Source: an uncultured Actinomycetes bacterium
Lineage (GTDB): Bacteria > Actinomycetota > Thermoleophilia > Solirubrobacterales > 70-9
DNA: 64,000 nucleotides
Assembly (NCBI GenBank): GCA_963850735.1
Contig: CAWKMK010000006.1
Coordinates: 26,800 to 90,799 of the forward strand
Direction of reading: 5' to 3'
This document shows, one piece after another, positions 51,596-61,432 of this stretch. The notes below the pieces were generated by a model, which was not told the origin of the DNA, searched no databases, and was given only the letters and a program-made list of their open reading frames with translations. The position numbers were made by a program, and so were the translations under genes. Within the stretch, counting starts at the first letter, position 1. Every line of letters begins with the position of its first letter.

Positions 51596-51754
51596 CCCAG
51601 AAGCGTCCCTGCCCACGCTCGGATACCCCTCCCTGGGCAGTGGTCTGGAAGCTACCCACTCGTACGTGCGTCCGCAACGGCAATCGGGCGCCCCCAACAT
51701 GGCCTTAATCAACGTCTGCAACATCCTGTAACGGCAGAGTTTCAGCCGAGCCGG

Positions 51755-52129
51755 ATGCGCTCGTTAAGCTGCTGTCAGACTTTGAGCCTCGAGCGACTGA
51801 CGAGCAGGACGGGCTGCGGGCGCGCAGCCGAGCAGGCGATCGGCGAGCTGGCGCAGGCGCTGGTCGACAACCCGACCCTGCACAACGCCGATCGCCGCCG
51901 CCTTCGGCGCCCGCGAGAAGGCGATCGAGGCCCAGCAGGCGGCGATGAGCGCCCTCAACCTGCCCTCGGCGACCGACGTCGAACGGCTCGAGCGCCGCTG
52001 CGCTCGTTCTCGCAGCGCCTGGAGGACGTCGAGGAGCAGATCGACGACCTCAGCCGCGAGCTCGGGTCGCTGCGGCGCGAGAACGCCGCGAAGGCCGCTA
52101 AGAAAGCGCCGAAGAAAAGCAAAGCCTAA
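51755..52129 (+). CDS. Coiled-coil protein (phasin-like pattern), frameshifted
   Basis: Pieces in ORFs 51140..52129 and 51945..52148: MSALNLPSATDVERLERR then LRSFSQRLEDVEEQIDDLSRELGSLRRENAAKAAKKAPKKSKA. Confidence 0.45.
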   Translation: MRSLSCCQTLSLERLTSRTGCGRAAEQAIGELAQALVDNPTLHNADRRRLRRPREGDRGPAGGDERPQPALGDRRRTARAPLRSFSQRLEDVEEQIDDLSRELGSLRRENAAKAAKKAPKKSKA

Positions 52130-52806
52130 CCCTCGACTTGAGGGTTAGAGTACGGCCTGACGGCAGCTGTTCCGGCCCGTTTCGCCGCTTCCTCCAGCTC
52201 CTCGTCCCGCAGCTGGCCCGGTCGCTGCGTCTCGGCGACGATCAGGACCGCCGCCGCGGCGAGTCCGAGCTCGGCCGCCGCGCCGAGCAGCGCCGCGGTC
52301 TGCATGTCGGCGGCCTCGGCCCGGCGCGACTGGGTCGCTCGCGCTCGGCGGTCGTGCAGGGTGTCGAGGCTGGCGACCGCGACCGCCGAGCCGTCGCCTA
52401 GCGTCGCGCGCAGGGCTCGGCTCAGCGCGCGTCGGTCAGCTCCCGGTCGCGGCCGCGCGGCGCGCCGCCGCCAGGCGTGCGCCGCCTCGGCAGACGACCA
52501 GCAGCCGGCCCAGCTCGCAGCTCGCCGAGCGCAGCGCAGGTGCCGACCCGGATCGCCCGCCGCACGCCCAGCTCGGCCAGGTCGGCGAGGACCACCGCGG
52601 CGCTGGGCCCGCCCATCCCGGTCGACTGGATCGTCAGCTCGCTGCCCGTCCGGGGTCTGGCCGGAGTAGCCCCAGAGCCCGCGCGCGTGGTTGCTCATCT
52701 TCGGCTGCTCGAGCAGCTCCTGGGCCAGCAGCAGCGCCCGGCCGGGGTCGCCGACGAGGATCGCGTCGGCGGCGATCGGGGCGGTGGGGCGGAGGCGGGC
52801 CGGCAT
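52126..52806 (-). CDS. Nucleoside phosphorylase (PNP_UDP_1 family), frameshifted
   Basis: ATG at 52806: MPARLRPTAPIAADAILVGDPGRALLLAQELLEQPKMSNHARGLWGYSG. It continues in ORF 52422..52616 (MGGPSAAVVLADLAELGVRRAIRVGTCAAL). The C-terminus ADMQTAALLGAAAELGLAAAAVLIV is in 52126..53103. Confidence 0.7.
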   Translation of the reverse strand: MPARLRPTAPIAADAILVGDPGRALLLAQELLEQPKMSNHARGLWGYSGQTPDGQRADDPVDRDGRAQRRGGPRRPGRAGRAAGDPGRHLRCARRAASWAGCWSSAEAAHAWRRRAARPRPGADRRALSRALRATLGDGSAVAVASLDTLHDRRARATQSRRAEAADMQTAALLGAAAELGLAAAAVLIVAETQRPGQLRDEELEEAAKRAGTAAVRPYSNPQVEG

Positions 52807-52983
52807 CGTGCGCCGGAACCTAGCCGCCGCAGGCACGGCGCCGACATCGGGAGAAACGCGTCCCTGCCGGATTTGCTCCAGCCGTCGACAAAGAGCCTTT
52901 GGCCGCCCGTCCATAGCTTGGCATCGAGCTATCCAAACCGCGACCGCCGGGGCAGTGAACTCCGGCGGGCAAGGAGGAATCGA

Positions 52984-54483
52984 ATGAAAAAGAGGCTGAT
53001 GATCGCCGGCTCCGGTGGCCGCGATCGCCTCGCTGGTGCTGCCGGGGGTGGCCTTCGGCGCCGAAGCGACGCCGATCCTGGAAACCCCGGAGGCCAGCAT
53101 CAACGCGATGTGGGTGATCGTCGCCGGCGTGCCTGGTGATGTTCATGCAGGCCGGCTTCCTGCTCTTGGAGGTCGGCTTCTCCGGGCCAAGAACGCCGGC
53201 GCCGGCGTCGCCAAGGTCCTCGTCAACTTCTCGATCGCCTCGCTCTGTTACTGGGCGGTGCGGCTTCGCGCTCGCCTTCGGCGGGCTCGGCGAGATCGCC
53301 GGCGACGCACGGGTTCTTCCTCGACGTCGGCTCCTCGATCGAAGAAGCCGGGCAAGAGCATCCCGTTCGTCGAAACGTATTCGATCAGCCCCGCCGCGTT
53401 CATGTTCTTCCAGTTCGTGTTCTGCGCGGTCTCGCTGGCGATCGTCTGGGGCGCGACCCTGGAGCGGATCAAGTTCGGCGCCTACATCATCTACGCGATC
53501 ATCTTCAGCGCCGTGCTCTACCCGATCCTCAGCCACTGGATCTTCGGCGGCGGCTGGCTGCAGGTGAACGTCGGCATGCAGGACTTCGCCGGCTCCACGG
53601 TGGTCCACCTGATCGGCGCGACCGGTGCCTTCGCGGCGCTGCTGCTGCTCGGCCCGCGGATCGGCAAGTACACGAAAGACGGCAAGCCGCGGGCGATCCC
53701 CGGGCACTCGATGCCGCTGGTCGGCCTCGGCGTGCTGATCCTCTGGCTCGGCTGGTTCGGGTTCAACCCCGGCTCGACCCTGGGCGCGATCGGCGGCCGC
53801 TTCGCCGAAGTCGTCGTCGTCACCAACCTCGCCGCCGCGGCCGGTGTGGTCGCCGCGGTCGCGGTCATGTGGCTGAAGACGAAGACGATCGACATCGGCA
53901 TGGCCGGCAACGGCGCGATCGCCGGTCTCGTCGCGATCACCGCCCCGTCCGGCTACGTCGAGTACTGGGCGGCGCCGATCATCGGCGCGATCGCCGGCGT
54001 GATCGTCGTCTTCGGCGTGCTCGCGATCGAGAAGTTCATCGACGACCCGGTCGGCGCCACTCTCGGCTCACGGCCTCGCCGGTATCTGGGGCACCCTCGC
54101 GTGCGGGATCTTCACCTCGCCGCGCCTGGCCGAATTCAACGAAGTCGGCGATCCGGGCCTCTGGTACAGCGGCTCGTTCCACCAGCTCGGCGCCCAGGCG
54201 CTGGGCGTCGGGGTCGCCTTCGCCTGTGTGTTCGTCGTCTCCTACGCGATCTTCTTCGTGATCAAGAAGACGATCGGGCTGCGGGTCACGCGCCGAGGAG
54301 GAGGACGCCGGCCTCGACATCTCCGAGCACGGGATGTACGGGTACCCGGAGCAGTTCATCCCGCAGCCGGAGTACTCGACCGGGCTGCCGCTCGGTGGCA
54401 CGCCGCCGACCGCGGCGTCGCCGCGCCCGGCTGTCGCCAGCCCGATGACCACGACCGAGTCCATAGGAGGCATGAACGCATGA
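52984..54483 (+). CDS. amt: Ammonium transporter (Amt family), copy 2, several frame changes
   Basis: ATG at 52984 (MKKRLMIAG). MFMQAGFLLLEVGF (53136..). The core is in ORF 53015..54448 (FQFVFCAVSLAIVWGA, DFAGSTVVHLIGATGAFAA, ILWLGWFGFNPGS). SAHGLAGIWGTLACGIF is in another frame. Stop is TGA at 54481-54483. Confidence 0.85.
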
Positions 54484-54848
54484 AGAAGATAGAGGCGTTC
54501 ATCCGCCACGAGGCGTTCGAGCCGATCCGGGCCGAGCTGCTCGACAAGGGATTCCCCTCCCTGTCGATCATCGAGGCCAAGGGCTCGGGCCGCCAGAAGG
54601 GCATCGTCGAGCGGTACCGCGGCTCGACCCTCACCGTCAACGTCCGGCCGAAGATCAAGCTGGAGGTCGTGGTCGAGGACAAAGACAAGGACGTGGTCGT
54701 CGAGACGATCCTCAAACACGCCCGCACGGGCGAGGTCGGCGACGGCAAGATCTTCGTCCTGCCGGTCGAGGAGGCGATTCGCATCCGCACCGGCGAGGAC
54801 GGGGAGCCGGTCCTCCAGCTGCACGAGGAGTCGGAGATCCCGGCCTAG
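54480..54848 (+). CDS. glnK: Nitrogen regulatory protein P-II (GlnK/GlnB)
   Basis: The ATG at 54480 overlaps the amt stop (ATGA). 122 aa: MKKIEAFIRHEAFEPIRAELLDKGFPSLSIIEAKGSGRQKG...GDGKIFVLPVEEAIRIRTGE. It lies directly downstream of amt. Confidence 0.9.
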   Translation: MKKIEAFIRHEAFEPIRAELLDKGFPSLSIIEAKGSGRQKGIVERYRGSTLTVNVRPKIKLEVVVEDKDKDVVVETILKHARTGEVGDGKIFVLPVEEAIRIRTGEDGEPVLQLHEESEIPA

Positions 54849-54927
54849 GACGGCTGCGGGCGCGGCAGGGGTCCTCCGAACGCGCCGGCGCGAGGCAGGC
54901 CCACGGCGCCCGCGCTTCCGGCTCCCT

Positions 54928-54951
54928 CCTCCTCCGAGCCTTCGGAGGAGG
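54928..54951 (+). terminator. Hairpin after glnK
   Basis: CCTCCTCCGA-GCCT-TCGGAGGAGG, a perfect 10-bp stem with no T-run. Confidence 0.45.
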
Positions 54952-54981
54952 TCTCACCCCTCCGCGGCTAGCCTCGCGCGC

Positions 54982-56183
54982 ATGGCCGACGAGCGGATCT
55001 CCCTGAGCGAGGCCGCGCGGCGCTCGGGCGTTCCGGCCAGCACCCTGAAACGCTGGGCCGAGGAGAAGATCGTGCCGGTGCGGCGCGGCCGCTGGACGGC
55101 GGCCGCCGCGGCGCAGGCGCGGGTGGTGGCGCGGATGCGCGAGCGCGGCTACTCGCTGGAGGACCTGAAGCGAGGCCGGGCGCGAGGGCCGGCTCGCCTT
55201 CGGCTTCGCCGAGGAGCTCTTCACCGAGCGCCGACGAGGCGAGGTCACGGTCGAGCGAGGTCGCCGCGGAGACCGGCCTGGAGCCGGAGCTGATCGAGCG
55301 GATCCTGGTCATCCTCGGCACCCCGATCGGGCGCGAGCGCCAGCTCAGCCCCGAGGACGTCGCGGCGCTGCGCCACTGCGCCCGCGTGCTCGCCGCCGGC
55401 TTCCCGCTCGTCGCCTTCCTGCAGCTGGTCCGCGTCTACGTGCAGTCGATGCGGCGGATCGCCGACGCCGAGGTCCGCCTCTTCCACCTCTACGTGCACG
55501 AACCGCTGATCCGCGACGGCGTGCCGGAGCTGGAGATGGCGGAGGAGATGGGCGACCTGGCCGCCGACATCCTGCCGCTGGCGGCGCCGCTGACCGAGTA
55601 CCTGCACACCCGCTACCTGCGCTTCTTCCTCGAGCAGGACGTGGTCGGCCACATGGAGGCCGAGCCGGCGACGCGACACCGCCGAAATCGAGCTCGGCCA
55701 GGTCCACGTCACCCTCTGCTTCATCGACCTCACCGGCTTCACCCGCTACACCGAGGAGGAGGGCGACATCGAGGCGCTCGACGTGGTCGAGAACTTCGTC
55801 GAGACGGTCGAGGCGACGCTGCCGCGCGAGGCGACGATCGTGAAGACGATCGGCGACGAGGTGATGGTCGTCTCGCCCGACGCCGCCTCGCTGACCGAGT
55901 GGGCGGTCGGCTTCCTCGGCCGCTTCCCGCAGCGCCCGCAGCCGCGGGTCGGGATCCACTGCGGCGACGCCGTCTACCGCGACGGCGACTACTTCGGCAG
56001 CCAGGTCAACCTCGCCCACCGCGTCGTCAACCGCGCCCTGGCCGGCGAGGTGCTGGTCACCGACCGCGGTCGCCGAGGCGATCGCCGGCAGCGAGCGGCT
56101 CGAGCTTCGAGCCGATCGGCGAGGTCAGCCTCAAGGGCTTCCCGGTGCCGACCGAGCTCTTCGTCGTCCGCGCCGCCGGCTGA
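54982..56183 (+). CDS. MerR-type HTH domain fused to a class III adenylate/guanylate cyclase catalytic domain, frameshifted
   Basis: MerR HTH ISLSEAARRSGVPASTLKRWAEEKIVP...RERGYSLEDL (54982..). Linker in 55386... Cyclase core VTLCFIDLTGFTRYTEEEGD...IVKTIGDEVMVV...RVGIHCGDAVYRDGDYFGSQVNLAHR (55783..), and FEPIGEVSLKGFPVPTELF at the end. Confidence 0.75.
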
Positions 56184-56210
56184 GCGAGCCTGACGCGCCG
56201 GACGCCGAGC

Positions 56211-57144
56211 ATGCTCGAGCGGGTCGCGCGCCGGCGGCCTGCTGGCCGCCCGGCGCCGGTGGTGGCGATGCTCTCCGGCGGGCGCGACTCGGTCTGCATG
56301 CTCGACCTCGCCGTCCGCGCCGCTCGGCGCCGGAGGCGGTCACCGCGCTGCACGTCAACTACGGGCTGCGCGACGACTCCGACGAGGACGAGCGCCACTG
56401 CGCCGAGCTCTGCGAGCGGCTCGGGGTCGAGCTCGAGGTCGAGCGGCCGCGCCGGCCCGAGGGCCCCGGCAACCTGCAGGCCTGGGCGCGCGACGCCCGC
56501 TACGCGGCGGCGGCGCGGCTGGCGCGAGGCGCGCGGGGCGACGATCGTCACCGGCCACACCGCCGACGACCAGGTCGAGACGATCCTCTACCGGCTCGCC
56601 TCCTCGCCCAGCCGCCGGGCCCTGCTGGGGATGCGGCCGCGCGACGGCAGCCTGGCGCGGCCGCTGCTCGGCATCACCCGGGCGGAGACCACCGCCTACT
56701 GCGAGGAGCGCGGCCTCGCCTGGCGCGACGACCCGACCAACGCCGAGGCCGGCCTACGCCCGCAACCGCGTCCGCCACGGGCTGCTGCCGGCGCTGGCGA
56801 AGATCCACCCGGCCGCGGCCGCGCAACGTCCTGCGCACGGCGGCGCTGCTGCGCGACGAGGCCGAGGTGCTCGACGCGCTGGTCGACGCCGAGCTCGACG
56901 GCTCCGGCGAGGCGCCGCGCGGCACGATCGCGCTGCGAGCGCTTCGCCGAGCTGCCGCCGGCGCTGCGCCGCCTCGTCGTGCAGCGGCTCGCCGACGCGC
57001 GCCGCCGGCCGCCCGGTGGCCGGCGCCGCCCGCTTCGCCGAGCAGGTCGCGGGCCTGCGCCGCAGCGGCACCGCGATGCTCGACCTCGGCGGCGGCGTCC
57101 GCGCCGTCGTCGAGCGCGGCGTCCTCCGCGCCGAGCGCGACTGA
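56211..57144 (+). CDS. tilS: tRNA(Ile)-lysidine synthetase TilS, frameshifted
   Basis: PP-loop VAMLSGGRDSVCML. Also HVNYGLR, TGHTADDQVETILYRL, RPLLGITRAETTAYC. The pieces are in several frames. Stop is TGA at 57142-57144. Confidence 0.8.
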
Positions 57145-57176
57145 CGTCAGCCGCCCATCTATCTAGACTGCGGCGC

Positions 57177-57704
57177 GTGACCGACCCCGCGATCGGCGAG
57201 ACCCTCGTCTCCAGAGAGGACCTGCAGCGCCGCGTCGCCGAGCTGGGCGCGGAGATCAGCCGCGACTACGCGGGCCGCGACCTGGTCATGGTCGGGGTGC
57301 TGAAGGGCGCCGTCCTCTTCCTCGCCGACCTGATGCGCCACATCGACGTCCCCTGCGAGATCGACTTCATGGCGGTCTCCAGCTACGGCTCGCAGACCGA
57401 CTCCTCCGGCGTGGTCCGCATCCTCAAGGACCTCGACGCCCCGATCGAGGGCCGCCACGTGCTGATCGTCGAGGACATCATCGACTCCGGCCTCACCCTC
57501 CAGTACCTGATGCGCAACCTCAGCGCCCGCGACCCCGCCTCGCTCGAGGTCTGCGCGCTGCTGACCAAGCCGGAGCGCCTGCGCGTCGACCTCTCGCCGC
57601 GCTACGTCGGCTTCGAGATCCCCAACCGGTTCGCGATCGGCTACGGCCTCGACCACGCGCAGCGCTACCGCAACCTCGATTACGTCGCCGCGCTGGCCGA
57701 CTAG
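57177..57704 (+). CDS. hpt: Hypoxanthine phosphoribosyltransferase
   Basis: GTG at 57177 within ORF 56211..57704. PRPP motif VLIVEDIIDSGLTL. Also GVLKGAVLFLADL and FAIGYGLDHAQRYRNL. Confidence 0.9.
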   Translation: MTDPAIGETLVSREDLQRRVAELGAEISRDYAGRDLVMVGVLKGAVLFLADLMRHIDVPCEIDFMAVSSYGSQTDSSGVVRILKDLDAPIEGRHVLIVEDIIDSGLTLQYLMRNLSARDPASLEVCALLTKPERLRVDLSPRYVGFEIPNRFAIGYGLDHAQRYRNLDYVAALAD

Positions 57705-57742
57705 AGCCGCGAAAAACCGCCCTGGTACGCTGATTTTCTCCC

Positions 57743-59706
<1,964 letters not shown>

Positions 59707-59710
<4 letters not shown>

Positions 59711-60492
59711 CCCAGCTGATGGGGGTGGTCAACGTCACCCCCGACTCGTTCTCCGACGGAGGGCTCTACTTCGATCCCGAGGCGGCGATCGCGCACGGGC
59801 GCGAGCTGGCTGCGGCCGGGGCGGCGATCCTCGACGTCGGCGGCGAATCGACCCGGCCCGGGGCCGAGGTCGTGCCCGAGGACGAGGAGCTGCGGCGGGT
59901 TGTGCCTGTGATCGAGGGATTGGTCGCCACGGACGGACAGGTCTCGGTCGACACCTCGAAGGCGGCGGTTGCCGCGGCGGCGCTCGATGCCGGCGCCGCG
60001 ATCGTCAACGACGTCACCGCCCTGCGCGGCGACCCCGAGATGGCGGCGCTCTGCGCCGAGCGCGGTGCCACCGTCGTCCTCATGCACATGCGTGGCGAGC
60101 CGCGGACGATGCAGGACGACCCGCGCTACGACGACGTCGTCGCCGAGGTCAAGGCCTTCCTCGCCGAGCGCCTGGGAGCGGCTGTCGCCGCCGGCATCGC
60201 CGAGGAGGATGTCTGGCTCGACCCCGGGATCGGCTTCGGCAAGACCGCCGCCCACAACCTGGAGCTGCTGCGCCGGCTCGGCGAGCTCCGCGAGCTCGGC
60301 CGGCCGCTGGTGATCGGCACCTCGCGCAAGAGCTTCATCGGCAGGGTCGACGGCTCGGCCGCCGGCGAGCGGCTCGGCGGCACGATCGCCTCCTCGGTGC
60401 TCGCCGCCGCCGAGGGCGCCGAGGTGCTGCGCGTCCACGACGTCGCCGAGGTGCGCCAGGCGCTGGCGGTGGCGACGGCGATCCTCGGGTAG
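59707..60492 (+). CDS. folP: Dihydropteroate synthase
   Basis: 261 aa, intact. [42 protein letters not shown]. Confidence 0.92.
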
Positions 60493-60501
60493 GTTCAGCC
60501 C

Positions 60502-60918
60502 ATGGAGAGCCACGGGAACGGGATCGAGTCGAGCGCCGAAATCGATCTGCGCGGGCTCTCGATCTACACCCACCACGGCGTCTCCGAGGCCGAGCAGGAG
60601 GTCGGGCAGCGGCTCGAGTTCGACATCTCCTTCGACGTCCCCGACTGCGACGCGGTGCTGACCGATCGCCTCGAGGACACCGTCGACTACGCCCAGGTCT
60701 GCGACATCGTCACCCTCGCCGCCACCGAGCGCAGCTACAGGACGCTGGAGCGCCTGGCGCAGGTAGTCGGCGAGCGACTGATGGAGCGCTACGGCTCCGA
60801 GACGGTCCGCGTCCGCGCCGCCAAGCCGGAGCCGCCGCTGCCGCTGGCGATCCAGGAGGTGGCGGTCGAGGTGACCCAGGAGCGCACGGTCGAAGGAGAC
60901 GAAGAAGGCGAGGGCTAG
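60502..60918 (+). CDS. folB: Dihydroneopterin aldolase
   Basis: 138 aa. GLSIYTHHGVSEAEQEVGQRLEFDISF, TVDYAQVCDIV. Its position between folP and folK supports the call. Confidence 0.85.
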   Translation: MESHGNGIESSAEIDLRGLSIYTHHGVSEAEQEVGQRLEFDISFDVPDCDAVLTDRLEDTVDYAQVCDIVTLAATERSYRTLERLAQVVGERLMERYGSETVRVRAAKPEPPLPLAIQEVAVEVTQERTVEGDEEGEG

Positions 60919-60922
60919 CCGC

Positions 60923-61426
60923 TTGGCCGCCGAGCAGCGGATCGGCTACCTCGGCCTCGGCTCCAACGTCGGCGACCCGGCCGGACACCTGCGCGCCGCG
61001 GTCGAGCTGCTGGAAGCGGAGGGAATCGCGGTCGAGGCCGTCTCCTCCGCCTACGTCACCGAGCCGGTCGGCGAGGTCCTCGACCAGCCCGACTTCCTCA
61101 ACGCCGCGGTCCGCATCCGCACCGCGCTGGAGCCCGAGCAGCTGCTCGACGCCTGCAAGGGGGTCGAGGCCGAGCGCGGCCGCTCCTTCGACGCCCCCCG
61201 CCACAGCCCGCGACCGCTCGACGTCGACCTGCTCCTGCTCGGCGAGCTGGAGCTCAGCACCGACCGCCTCACCCTGCCCCACCGCGAGGTGACCAGCCGG
61301 CGCTTCGTCCTCGTCCCGCTGCTCGAGCTCGACCCCGAGCTGACGCTGCCGGACGGGACCCGGCTCGCCGCGGCGCTGGCGGCGCTGCCCGCGGGGCAGC
61401 GGGTGGAGCGCCCGCCCGCCCGCTGA
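60923..61426 (+). CDS. folK: 2-amino-4-hydroxy-6-hydroxymethyldihydropteridine pyrophosphokinase
   Basis: 167 aa. YLGLGSNVGD, FLNAAVRIRT, RPLDVDLLL, LPHREVTSRRFVLVPL. Confidence 0.9.
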   Translation: MAAEQRIGYLGLGSNVGDPAGHLRAAVELLEAEGIAVEAVSSAYVTEPVGEVLDQPDFLNAAVRIRTALEPEQLLDACKGVEAERGRSFDAPRHSPRPLDVDLLLLGELELSTDRLTLPHREVTSRRFVLVPLLELDPELTLPDGTRLAAALAALPAGQRVERPPAR

Positions 61427-61432
61427 GGCCGG

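Noticed and set aside
52807-52983. GlnR-type operator (GTnAC-n6-GaAAC) upstream of amt-glnK and of amt copy 1 (35995-36146)
   Set aside because: Only isolated GAAAC/CAAAC pentamers are present, without the paired a-site/b-site arrangement. I cannot support a call by eye.
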